A stretch of 63,809 nt of DNA, filler included, from Sphacelaria rigidula (lineage: Eukaryota): assembly GCA_964200075.2 (NCBI GenBank). It is 11 parts of 11 records of this genome, joined end to end, with 100 filler letters (N's around TTAATTAATTAA, not from the genome) between each part and the next. Parts side by side here need not be neighbours in the genome. Positions count along the whole stretch, not along the records: positions 46,481 to 52,190 come from CAXNAA020025070.1; positions 52,291 to 58,000 come from CAXNAA020025071.1; positions 58,101 to 63,809 come from CAXNAA020025072.1; 8 more parts are not named here. The stretch is one strand, 5' to 3'. A program made the position numbers and the translations under genes. The notes beneath the pieces were generated by a model. The model had not been told where the DNA came from, made no database searches, and saw only the letters and a list, made by a program, of their open reading frames with translations. Below are positions 51,202 to 63,546 of this stretch, piece after piece. Within the stretch, counting starts at the first letter, position 1, and each line of letters opens with the position of its first letter.

Positions 51202-51787
51202 GTCCCATCTATTCTGGACGCCACTCCACACTTTTCGATATATATGGGCGCATCAGCAGGGGTCACACAGGAGGAAGGTCAACACAGGAGTTTTCACCTC
51301 TTCGTTGTTTAAGCCCTGCCCCTTCCTTCTGCGGTGCTTGTCTTACTTCCTATCGCGAGACGGATCCGGTGGTCCCAGTCCCTCGTCAACTGTGAAGCCG
51401 ACCGTTTTGCACCCACGATAAAGTCATCCTCCACAATTGGGTATCATGTGAGAAAAATTCCAAGAGCGTGTGAATTCACAGAGATTCGAATCCACGACCC
51501 AACCATCAGGAGGTTTTCAGGTTATCAACCGAGCCACCGGGGCCACCATGTACAGTAGAAAAACAGGCGCGAAAGCAACGATAGGGGTTATTTTTCATTC
51601 GAGAGGGGTTCAGCAGTCCCATTCCCTCGTCGGCCGTGAATTGGATTTTTGTGTACCCACGACATAGTCGCTCTCCACCGCTGGGCGTTGTGTGAGAGAA
51701 AATCCCAGATCGCTCCGAGATTCCAACCCACGACCTAATGGCCAGAAGGTCTCGAGGTTACTAACTGAGCCACCAGGGCGACCGGCT
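51147..51787 (-). mobile_element. tRNA-derived SINE with a (CA)n tail (51147-51543) plus a tandem 3'-truncated copy (~51590-51787)
   Basis: Minus-strand heads carry A boxes (TGGCTCGGTTG, TGGCTCAGTTAG) and B boxes (GGATTCGAATC, GGGTTGGAATC). The body is shared with 18186-18420 and the element ends in ~27 CA units. Confidence 0.8.
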
Positions 51788-52125
51788 TTCATATACGGGT
51801 GACTATTAGGAAAAAAACAAAATATTGGAACACCTGTTTTCGTTCGAGAGACAACGGCTACACGAAAAGAAGAACTAAAAGGTCGTCGCCAAGCATATGC
51901 CGCGTGTCATCATTCTGGGACGCAGAAGAGGAACATAGCTAAAATGTACACAAACAACGACAAACACTCTGGAACATGGACTATGGGCAACACCTGTGCT
52001 AAACACACAGCACCTCAGCACGCGCCTGCTGCTAGTCGACTGGGAATCGATCCCCGAAAGGGCCGATCAAAACGGATTCATGAAGCATGGCACTCGTAGG
52101 AGACTACGGAGACACACTCACATAC

Positions 52126-52126
<1 letters not shown>

Positions 52127-52190
<64 letters not shown>
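52127..52190. repeat. (CAT)n microsatellite at the contig end
   Basis: Direct reading. Confidence 0.95.
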
Positions 52191-53880
52191 NNNNNNNNNN
52201 NNNNNNNNNNNNNNNNNNNNNNNNNNNNNNNNNNTTAATTAATTAANNNNNNNNNNNNNNNNNNNNNNNNNNNNNNNNNNNNNNNNNNNNAAATTGCAAT
52301 GTCGCCAATATGAGGCGCTTCATGCAGCCTGAACCCGATCATCAGGCGCTTTATGGCTATCGTAGAAAGTGTCCTTATCGAACAGTAGATGATCTCTCAA
52401 CCTTTGCCAAATGCGTGTTTTGACCTAGCAATTTCTAGCGAGGTGAACAGAGGAAGGCATCCCTTGTTGTAGCTCAATAACTTCGTCAAACAACACAATA
52501 GCGCTTGGCATCAAACACGGGATTTCAGAAATTGATGTTTTTTTTTACTAAACCTTTGAGACCTTCATCAGCAAATGCACTATCCGGCCGTGATGTGTGG
52601 CCTTGCTCATCCTCACAAAAAAAAACTACCCCTGATCGCTAAAATCCCGTGTCAACAGGGGGTTCTAACAAATAAGAACAGTTTCGTACGACGAGAATGG
52701 ACGGAGGTCGAAATCGTTGGGTAAAACAAGGGTCTGTCGAAAAACGATCTCTGGACACGTGAGCCCCAAGATCGAAAACTGAAAAAATCAAGTTTTGAGG
52801 GGAGGGGGGGAGCACCCAGCCTGCGGTCCCCTAGTTTATTGCCGAGGCGTTGACGAATGCGGTCAGCGGCCGTATACAGAGATCCTTGGCATGGAGACCG
52901 ATGGGATGGCGGACACGCCGCCCCCCCGAGGTCATCACTTACCGCGATGACATTCATGGCATCGTGTTCCGTGTCATGTGCCTCGAGTACCTACTAGTCG
53001 TAGTAGTCCGGGCAAGTTTGGCGAGGCGTGAGATAATGTTGCTACTTTGGCTGTAGGCTGTCGCTACCGTGCGCTCGTGTCCGTACAGGTGTGTGAGCTG
53101 GCCGGCATCCGAGGTCATCGGGACAGCGGGCAAGGAGCAGAAGCAAACATACGCCCACCAGACTTTTCGGTTTTTGTCTGTGTTTCTTGATCAATTTCTT
53201 CAACAACAGTAACAACTAAAACAAAAACATGACAATTTTCGAAAAAATCCCCGTCGGGAGGGCAGGGGGGGCGGGGGACTCCGTGTCCGAAATCTTGTCC
53301 CGACAGACCCTTGGGAAAATACAGGTCTTCACGATTGGGGGTAGATTCTTCTGAGGATGAGCGACGCCATACATCACGGCCGGGGAATGAAATTGCATTT
53401 TTTATTTTGAATGTAGTTCAATTGTGATGAAGGTTTCTCAGGGTCACCATCGAAAACAAACCCCTTCATCCTCAATGTCTAAAATTCTGTGTAATCATTT
53501 CTGGCAGCAGGGACAGCAACCCTCCACTAGATGGAAATTCCCCTTCGAAAAGCTTGATTGTAGTTCTGAGAAAGTCGCTGACTCTGATGAAGTGGGGTCA
53601 GCTAGTGGTTGTTGAACTATTGTCACTCAAAGAAACTGCACGTGAGAATCCCCGCATGTTCGACGGCTTCTCGCATACAGACACCTGCGAAGATCCATGT
53701 CCTTGCGGCTAGAGTTATGGTCAGGGTTGTGACCAAGCAGTGAGTAGACGCCTGGATACCACCCAGCGTGTTGTACTTCCATTTCTGCGTACACACTTGT
53801 CATCCTGCTTGACGACCTGCTTGCTGCCCGACAACCGTCCCTGCTTCTCAACGGCGAGTACGCGCGGCGTCATGCTGCAG

Positions 53881-56800
53881 GAGAACCAGCATCTCCGAAA
53901 CGTCAACAAGGCATGGCATCGCCAAAACGCCGCTCTCGCCCGGGAACTGGTCAGTGTTTCACGGAGAATACGGGGTCATCCTCGCGTCTTGATGTTCTGC
54001 AAAGCGGCACCAGTACAGTACGTTCTAGTATTGCGGGTGGATGAGTGGGATATCATCGCTGGCTTGCTGTCTGCTGTGTATAGATGTGTGGTAGACGCGA
54101 TTTCCCCCCCTCCGAGCCGATTGATACACCTGGATACACCCTGCCCCCCAAGCCTTTTTATCGTTGTTCCCATGCCTGGTAACTGACGTAAGAAGAATGA
54201 GACCAAGTCCAAGATGCAACTCGAGCACCGGAGACGACGCGAACTGGAGCGATGTCTGTTTCAGAGTCTCAACTGTGCCCGCATAAAACCTGGGTGAGAG
54301 GATCTGTGGGCACGGGATCCCGACTCGGCCCCCATGCTTCCGTGACACCGACAGTTGATTGTGAAACTCATCGAGAAAGCATTTTCTCAGTGCTCGCGAG
54401 CCGCGCCAAACTATACGGGGTTACTCTGGGATTCAGGGTAGCATACAAGCTGGTTCACGGTTGAGTCATGCTACGATAGGGGGCGGGGGAGGGGGGTGTT
54501 CGATCCCACGAAAAAATGGGCTCATAGGTACGTCAGACGACCAAACACACTCGCAGTGCGCTTGTATTGGGTAAAAGCGGTGTCAAACAGTAGGAATGAG
54601 CGTTATATACCGGAAGCAAGCGCGTTTGAAGTACCGTTGCCGCTATCAACGACGATTGGAAGTAGAATTTGTGGGAGAAAACGGCCCAAAATACTCCCCC
54701 CCTATCGTAGCATGACTCGGTTCTGGCCCAAATGTACTCATCAGCGAATACCCTTCGCAACACCTACCCAACAGTCGCATACATGGCATCATACTCACCG
54801 CCTTCGACAATAAATTATGGTCATGTAGCCGGATGTTTTTTTAACTCCACAGCAGTGGCGCTAAGGGCGAAAACGCACATCGACCAATCAGCGGTCGTCG
54901 CATTGCTCTGAAGAAAAACATACGAAGTGTCAACACGATGTGTACCCAATTTCCACATGTTACAAATCATCGCGACTTCCACCAGCTCGGGAATCTAACG
55001 GAGAAAACATGAATGCAAATGGTTAGTATGGCGTCGAACTCCACACCAAATCGTAGTATTTCGGTGATGTGGTGTTTGGGCGTCCTCGGATTCCCACTGG
55101 AGCCACAGAGGCACAGCAAAGCTCCTGGCGATTCTCCTTATATGTGTCGTAAAAAACCTCAATCGTCCTAATGTTTGAGTTCGGTAGGTGTTGGTGCTCC
55201 GAATGAAGGAACAATATATTTTGAACAATATATCAAAGCTTCTCCGCTGTCTACCGGTCTCCGGGCGCCGCAGCTTGAAGCCCCCCAGAAGCCGACAAAA
55301 TGATGCTCCGAACTAAAAAGAAGAGGTGTATGTGTCCTGGGGCTGTCCGACGAACATTCGTACCAAGCTTCGTTGCAAAACTCGAAACACTGGCACAATT
55401 GGGGTCGTTTTGACGCTAAACGTACCCGAAAAGTAGTAGATACACTGTAATCAAGTAGTTCGGCGTGATGGCGCTAAAGACCCCCCCCTCCCTCCGTCGT
55501 GCTCCGTCTCGAAAGGGATGCGTGGTCAATGGTCAAATGACTAAGGCAAGCAACAAATGAGTACGCCCCCCTCCCCCGATAGTATGTGTGTATGAAGTTT
55601 CAGAGTCAAACTCCAAGACTTGGTGTCAGAATTCGAACGAGCTAAAATTTTGGGATATGAGGGTGAACCAGCCGGTACCGTTCGTCACTATCGGCTGTGT
55701 TGATAAAAGGGCATTTCGTGCTCATAACAATTGTTTCGTCGATACGATACATATACTCTCAGTAACGTCGTATCCTCATCCTTATTCTGGGCTCTGGTAG
55801 GCATACTCGAGAAGTGACGTCAAAATGCGCTGAAGCTCTTAGTGGAGAACCAGGTGAGCTGCGCCCTCCAGCAAGCAAACCCGGACAAGACAATCACCGA
55901 TACCGTTTCGAAGAGGAGGACGGACAGATATGTGCCGAGGAAGCCACCTCTCCACCACAAGGTGATGTGATAGGAACAGTTCGCAGCATGTATTTCGGGG
56001 GAGAGCGCGATAAACATGCGTGCGTTGTTAAAGTCGACTACAAGTTTGGTTTACATCAGCAAGGTATCTCGAAGATACTCACTGGAACCATATGTTACAG
56101 TTGACAAGGTTTCAATTCCCAAATGAGTCCATGTTACCAATTTTCCTGCCTCACGTACCAACATGCTCAAACTTGTTTTGCTTCTGCATGAAGCTTAACC
56201 TCCCAAACGGATCCCAGCAACGAGTAGTGCTGACTGACGTATTCAAATATCCGCCAACCTCGTTCCGCTTCTGTGGGGGGCGATGTGTACACCTGGTTGT
56301 AGCTTGTACCTCTCATGTAACGAAACCTCTCAATGAAGGAGCGACGTATAGGCGCGCAATCAATGCGCCAACGAGAATACATCGCATATGATACATACTT
56401 TGAAGAAACCATTTCGACACGTTCCACGACGAATCTTATATGCCCCACTTGTTCTGTTTTTCAGCTTCTAGCACCTCATCGAAGCCCAAACCTTGGCCGC
56501 CACAGATCGTCGATTTCGTCTCCACAAGACGAACGGTGTCAAGAAGGAACGACAGGTGGGCCGGGTATATGGTATCGGCGTGGCTCTCGCAGGGTCATCT
56601 AACGATATACGGATAGTACCAATTCGTGTTTTAGGATCCCAGATTGAAGAACTTGCGGCGGTTATCTTTACTCAATATTTTCGGAACTGTCATACCGCTT
56701 TCGCACCCAGCCCGCATGGTTCTATGCATTTATCCAGGTTGACCTCGGTATATTGTTGCCATTCAGGCTACAAACATAACGCAGTCCCCAAGATACTTCC

Positions 56801-57766
56801 ACCTTGCTTCCAGCACTTTATTGAGATACAGGCACGCCGCCGCGCCCCAGGGATCTAGTTTGTACAACTGACATGGAATCTGGTCCGAAGAGTGCGGGTT
56901 CGATACCTGAAAAATGGAATTGAGCCTTCCTTTCACGTGTATATGACAAGTCTATTATTACAAATGTGAAGACAAAAGTAGCAATGAAAGTTTATTTGGC
57001 TAAAGCCGACGCAGTGCGGGAGTGCTGATTCCATTCACTATACCACATACAAGCCGTGTGACGGGGGAGTTAGGTCGGGTCCATGGACTAATCCTGAGGA
57101 AGGGGACGGGCGGGAGGTGTGACGGGAAAAACCCGGCACTTGAAGTGCACGTGGGTTAATGAGCATATTTCCGAGACATACTTACACACCTATGGACAAA
57201 GACCATGTATGTGCATGTGTCTTTGAGTACGAAATACAAATGCAACGGAATGGCACGAGTTTCCTCAAAACCGCGTGAGGGAGGGGGGGGGGAGGGGGGG
57301 GGGCATCTAAATGCGAAGCACGACAATAACGTGCGTCCCTCCTCGCGTAGTCTTTGGTATCATATACCACGGATCCCCTCCCCTGCACCAACACAACATG
57401 CCCGTGCACGCGGAAAGCTATGCAATCCGCACGCCGTCATGAAGACCCGAATTTATCTGCAACAAAATCAACGCATGCCAATTCAACTACGCCGATGGAA
57501 CAAGCAGGAGATCGTCGTTGTTGCCGAGTACTACCGTGGACCAGACCGCAGATAGCGGTAGAGAGGGATCCCGGGCGTTGTCGCCAACGCAGGAAGGACA
57601 GAAACGTGTGCATTTTCCTCCGCCTGCCATGTCGGCCCACGCCGTGTTGCACGCTGATCCTCCCCCTACGACGACGGCAGCGGGACAAAAGAGAAGAGAT
57701 ACCGGGACGAGAGATCACGTTGAAGATGAAATACTCGGGGCGCAAAGTTCTAACGAGCTTGACGAG
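53881..57766 (+). CDS. Partial multi-exon gene of unknown function (coiled-coil segment followed by a disordered region)
   Basis: Exons 53881-53949, 54193(or 54196)-54293, 55801-55853(or 55961), 56465-56555 and 57508-~57766 chain in frame through phases 0, 2, 1, 2. Peptide: ENQHLRNVNKAWHRQNAALAREL|KNETKSKMQLEHRRRRELERCLFQ..|..KRVHFPPP.. Both ends are uncertain. Confidence 0.6.
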
Positions 57767-58209
57767 GTACCACTACAAGTACATTCATTCGACCGTTACG
57801 ATTCAGAAACCCGTCTGTGCACAAACAACTTATCAGTAGAAGCCACGCTAGAATTTCATATGCCATACCGCGTCGAGCGCACGCGAACACTGGGAGTGCG
57901 GGGGGGGGGATAATTTTGCATGCCGAAATCATAAGACCATTGACTTCGCATCCTTCCAAAGCCGGAACGGAGCACGCCGGGGAGGGGTGGGGGGGGGCAT
58001 NNNNNNNNNNNNNNNNNNNNNNNNNNNNNNNNNNNNNNNNNNNNTTAATTAATTAANNNNNNNNNNNNNNNNNNNNNNNNNNNNNNNNNNNNNNNNNNNN
58101 CTGTCTGGAGTGCTGTTCAAAGAGATGCTCTACAGAACCTGCGCACCGGAGACTGAAAAACAAAGCAAGTGCAAAGCAATGGCGAACCGACACCAACCGA
58201 AGCGTAAAC

Positions 58210-58537
58210 CTTTACACTTTGGTCGACCAGGTAATTTTCAACCGACCATCGTCCGGAACGTTCCGCGAGGTGTCATTTTGTCAGCGTGAAATGAATTGCC
58301 GTAATTTGAACGCAGTCTGGAGCTACACCCACGCCAACCCGTCCCGTCCCGCCGATACCAACCGAGGCGTACACATTTACACTTTGGTAGTCCGTGGCGC
58401 TTCTTAGCCAAAGAATTGTGAACCGACCATCGTTCGGAACGTTCCGCGCGGTCTCATTTTGTCAGCGTGAAATGAATTGCCGTAATTTGAACGCAGTCTG
58501 GAGCGACACCCACGCCAACCCATCCCGTCCCGCCGGT
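58210..58537 (+). repeat. ~180-bp direct duplication
   Basis: aaccgaccatcgt.cggaacgttccgcg..gtcagcgtgaaatgaattgccgtaatttgaacgcagtctggagc..cccgtcccgccg at ~58240-58355 and ~58421-58536. Confidence 0.85.
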
Positions 58538-58809
58538 GTAAAAAAACTCTCAGCTGTCAACATACTATTTTCCAGCGCACGCACAACAAACAACGCCGAG
58601 TTTTACAAACTCCGACAATGATGCAACGTAACCAACGCCGAGATAAGAACGAAAAACAAAAAGTAGAAAAATAAATTACGACGTTACAACGCGAAACTTT
58701 TTTTCTTGCACAGAACACACTAGTAGTCTTGTTACACAAGAACATGCCCCTGCTCTCTCTTTGGAAAACAAATCCCGGAAATCAGCAACAGCTTCTCCGC
58801 CATTCACAC

Positions 58810-61800
58810 CTGGGGGTAGGTAGGCCAGTTCGAGAACTTCTTGAGCTCCTGTCTCACTTCTGGATCTTCCAAGATATTGAAAGTTCCGAACTCCACATTT
58901 CCTTCCCTCAATATGCCGACCGCTGTTCGACTGAAACCGCACTTCGGAGCGTCGGGGGTACCCTTCATGAAAAGCATCACTTGACTGGAGGATATCAATT
59001 TCGTCAGTTCTGCTTTCAAGCTTTCCTGTGCGTACCATTTAACAGAGATAACAACAACGAAGGGTGGAAACGTGGACGGGTGGAAAACACGAGGTGCTAG
59101 GAATCAAAAGGGTGCAAACATGAAAGCTGCAGACAAGCGAACAAACCAATAAATATTCGAAACAGGACTCAGTAGGGGGAAAGGGAGAGAGGAGGCGTAC
59201 GCATGTGATGCTTGCCTTAGTCATTTGGTCATTGACCACGCATCCCTTTCGAAGCGGAGCTCCGTTCCTATTCCCGATAGAAACACCTCCAACCTTTGGA
59301 CGCTCATTACGTTTCTTCCAATATTACAAATGTTCCTCTACATATCCTATTCCCTTACAATGGAGGGGGAGCGGGGCCCTGACGGTGGTAACCAATAATT
59401 GTGCGACTCAATACATCAACCGAGAGCAAGGGAGACGTCGCTCGCCCCAATCTACAAAGCATATCCCAAGGACCACCTTATACAGTGAATGAAGTAGCTT
59501 TAGATAGCATGGGCCATCAACATGTATGAGTGCGGCATCCACCGAGTGTCGAACAATTTCAGACATATGCGTGGCTGACCACAAATCTGTGCCAAAATGG
59601 GGGCGGGGGGGTGTACTCATGATCATGCATGCCATAGTCAGAAGACCATTGATCTCGCAAAATGCGGGGAGCGAAAATAAAGTGAACTGCTGACACAACT
59701 ACTGGGTAATGTTAGGATACTCGCAAGCAGCTCGAATTATAGTAATCACTAATGACGTATCTGCTATCGCAACATTAGGGTGCCGACAGGCTTTTCAATT
59801 GTCTCAATCTCCATCTTCCAGAAGAAAATTTCGTAGACAGACGCCCCGCCGAATGAGGAGTCACAAGAAGCTCCGGCTGATACAAGGAGGAGGCAGAGTT
59901 GCGCAGCAAGCAGCACTAGCGACATGCCCACCACTGTCCATCCACGACAGTCCCGTACGGCATTATAGGGAACAGAACCGGGACATCGGCCGCGCTGTGT
60001 GTAATAACGCCGGAAACGTTGCTAGCATGGTAAGTACTGTAGGAACATGATCTCTGACGGTACCCCCGACCCCATGCGCATCTACGTCAATCTCACTGTC
60101 ACCCTCAACCTCTGAGCCAAAGTCAGTATGAGGGAATCCGAAAGAGAGATCGCAAGGGAAACGCAAATCGAGCGAGCGTGAGACCAAACCTTGGTACGAA
60201 TACCCAGCTGCGGTGCTAGAGGGCCGTCCGTCTTCATCTCCTTCAGGATGTCCAGTCCACCCACCAGTTCGCCATTCACGTACAACTGACAAAGGAGCCC
60301 CGCCACGACAAGACAGAAAAGGAGAAGAAAAAAACGGGGAAACAAGGAAGAAAAACAAAGAAAATTATACGAAAAAGGCGAGAAAATGTAACGTCAATTA
60401 ACCATGGTGACATACGTTCGAAGCTTGGAAAAAAAAAAAAGGGAGAACGGAGAGGGAGAAAAAAAAAAGTACTCGTAGGATCGAAGAACGCAGCGATTGC
60501 TGTACTGTACTCCAGCTTGTTGGGACACAATTTGCAGCGTGTCGTGAGGACGCATGGTGGATATGATGTTGAGACGTTCAAGAACACACATCCATAAAAA
60601 CGCCCTGCACCTCACTCTCAATCACACAAACAGAATTGAGGTGGGTGCGCGGTAGTTAATAGTAGCACACAGTAGCAAACGGCAAACTCCGCCTCCACAA
60701 ACCGCTACTGGCGGGGCTAGTGGTTATGGGCATATTTGCTTCGGAGCACTGTCGACCCAAATGTATTCAATTGTCTCCAGGCAACTGCTGCGTACTTGCA
60801 AGTGGCTTGCGTCATATCAGTCCAACGGACATACGACGAACGCCGTGCGCTATACAGTACGACCGAAAAGAACCATTCCTCGTATCCTCCATATTCCAGC
60901 ACAAGCTCCCAGCCGTCCTGATAAAACATGTTCAGGGGAAACCCCCCAATCCTTCTCGAGTACAAACAGACAAACAACGACGTCTCGATCCGTCCTTCAT
61001 CCCCTGAGTATAGTGCTGATCCAACAGATAAACTCACATCCATCCATGCAGTTCTTATTTTCATTTGTGATTATATGTCTTGTAAGGAATAGCAGGGACG
61101 GTATTGGAAAGACGAGCCTACGTCTGTGACCACGGGTTCGCGAGATCGGACTAATGTGCGGAAATAATAATAGCTGTAATAACCAGAGCTTTTCAGGTTG
61201 TCCCCCACCGTAGTAATAGCCTGGCCCGACGCCGCTTTACTTCACAGGGCAGACGGGACGTGGACGTTGTTATATCTACGTGGCAAGGCTATTCCTGACG
61301 GTCTCGCACATGCGTCCGCGACTAGGCCAGGGTAGCACGATGACATGGTCATGCACTGGGCGGCCAGGTGCAGTAGTAGGCGGCGTAATATGAAGTACGC
61401 TGGTGCTAGCGAGGGAAAAGCGGTGCGCTCAATCTGGCCTGTGTCAAAACCTTGTGGCGTAAGGAGCTTGGAGACCTAATGCAGGAGCGATCGTACACAA
61501 TAAATCAATCCACAAACTCATGGATTGGCATGCACACGTCGGCTCAAACGGACTGCATCGAGGGCAAAAGTTCGAAGCTGGAGTGCCGAATGTCCTGGCA
61601 TGAAGCGTCTGGAGATTGAACAAAAATGCAGGTATTAAGGTGCCCCATCGATCACGCCGGTCGCGCGGTTTACCGGCGAGCATTGTACGATTTAGGGTCG
61701 CCGAGGGTATACCTGGGGATACGTTGGCCAGTTGGACAGCTCCTTGAGCGTTTGCCTCACATCTTGGTCTTCCAATATATCGAAGGACGAAAACTCGATG

Positions 61801-63546
61801 CCTTCCTCTCGCAGCATCGATACAGTGGTGCGGCTGAACCCGCATCTTGGGGCATCCGGCGATCCCTTCATGAACAACATCGCCTTCGCACTTGACAGAA
61901 CATACATAGCCACGAAGTAATAGGGACGAGCACGCACCCACAGAGTCAAATCGAGAGGGCGGAGGAGGGACAGATATAGACAGGGGGGGAGAGCGGGCGG
62001 ATAGAGACGGCGGGCAAACAGAGAAATAAAAAATAAAAAATAAACATTACAAGTGGAAGCGGGTGCTAGACAGGCTGCGCCCGTGAAAAGGAAAATAAAA
62101 CAGCGACTTTGCTTGCTCGATATGATGCTGATTGATTCAAGCACCCCAACACACAGCAACGCCATCAGGCATGCGTCGTCGATGTTGCTGCATTTTGAAA
62201 ACCGAACACATTACACATAGTTAACGGACCTCTTGATGAGCTCCTTGCATCGATCGGTGACGGACGTTATTCCAGCACCCGCCGCGCCAGTAACCGCCGA
62301 GGCCGGCCCCACGCCGCCAAGCGACGCCAGCTTTGCCTTCAAGTCGCCACCAACCAGGAGATCTTCCACAGCGTCCACGCCTCCGACCAACACGCCTTTG
62401 ACATACAGCTAGTGCACCACCAGAAAATATCGAAAGTTGTCGACGATGAAAAAACGAGAGAAAAAAAATCACGCCCCCCCCCCAAAAGGCGAAATTAACT
62501 CGAGGTGGATGAGTATGTTGCTCACACGTGAAGAGTATGGTAACCTCTCTGATCACAATTGACATTGATCAATCGATCGATTGACTGATTTTGATCGATC
62601 GATTGGTGATCACTTGATTGTTTGAACAACCTTAATAACGAGTCCTACATCCATTGCGGCTGGCATGAATCGGGAGCCATGGGCACCATGACCAGCAATC
62701 TTCACATTCCGAGTGGGTGTGCAGACACGGGGAGAGCATAGATACGCCGGCAAAAAATGCCGCTGTTCATTGTGGCCACCTGCGGGAACGTCGGATGGTT
62801 GGAGTAAACCTTGAGGCCAGCTCGCACGTCTTCATCGCCGAGTATATCGAAAGATCCGAATTCCACGCCGGCACCCCTGCCCGCAGCACAAAAAATCGAG
62901 CAAAATGTGAATCCTCACCTCAGTAAATCCTTCACACTGATTCACGTGCGCACTCAGAGTCACCGGTAAAGCAGTGGCCCCTGCCGCCGCACGAGGCAGT
63001 CTTCCATCTCAAGGCAGCACTATTCGTGACTGGAGTCACGTGCCTAGCCAAAACCGTCGGCGGATATGACCCCCGCCCCCCCCCGCACATCAGTGAGTGT
63101 TCCAAATGTGATGAATATTTACAGTCAAGTGTAAAGAGCAAATGTCGCAGAGATATAACATGACCCCTATCTTGTATCATCTTTCAAGGTCTGTTCAGCG
63201 TGTCCAGTGGTACCCTGCTCGGAAGCTTGCAAGTGGAGCATGATAGAAAGCATGGGAAAAATCGCAAATGAGGAGTTCAGAATGGTGCGCCAATTGGGGG
63301 TCCAAAACACCTGCGAAAAATACGCGTAATGCGGCCAACCAGCGGTGGACAGGAAGTGCAACAAAACTCGGGCGACTACTGTTGAGGACAGGCTTGCTAC
63401 TCGTAGGTGTTGAACTGCACCAAACCTTGCTCTTGTACAGTCCTTGGCACGTTGTTTATCACCTGAGCATCTCAACCATCTTGCGGCTGAATTTGCATTT
63501 GGGTTGATCTCCGGTGCCTTTCATGAACAGCATCACCGGAGCCGCG
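58810..63546 (-). CDS. Multidomain monothiol glutaredoxin (GRXS17/GLRX3/PICOT-like) with at least three Grx domains; both ends missing
   Basis: Exons 63546-63463, 62876-62780, 62408-62230, 61890-61713, 60285-60190 and 59025-58810 are all GT-AG and in phase. They encode three repeats of MLFMKG..P.C(K/G)FSR...F.IL.D..VR..LK..SN(H/W)PT(F/Y)PQ, the first two followed by LYV.G.LVGG.D. Confidence 0.93.
59195..59261 (-). mobile_element. Short poly(C)-associated element copy (other short copies: 36282-36352 +, 37901-37981 +, 55498-55565 +, 57910-57980 -, 63627-63690 -)
   Basis: Minus strand reads gctccgcttcgaaagggatgcgtggtcaatgaccaaatgactaaggcaagca..gcgtacgcctcc, the same core as the other copies. 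Confidence 0.75.

Noticed and set aside
55588..55800. WD40-like peptide LKFWDMRVNQP
   Set aside because: Short match inside an intron of the phase-consistent orphan gene, with no further WD40 repeats.
57955..57980. Resemblance of AAGCCGGAACGGAGCAC to SRP RNA helix 8
   Set aside because: The loop is one base short of GNRA, the AGG/AGCAG pattern is imperfect and no Alu domain is visible. Treated as part of the poly(C)-associated element.
5987..63546. Functional gene cluster (kinase, zinc finger, INTS6, TPR, glutaredoxin)
   Set aside because: The genes lie on separate, artificially concatenated contigs.
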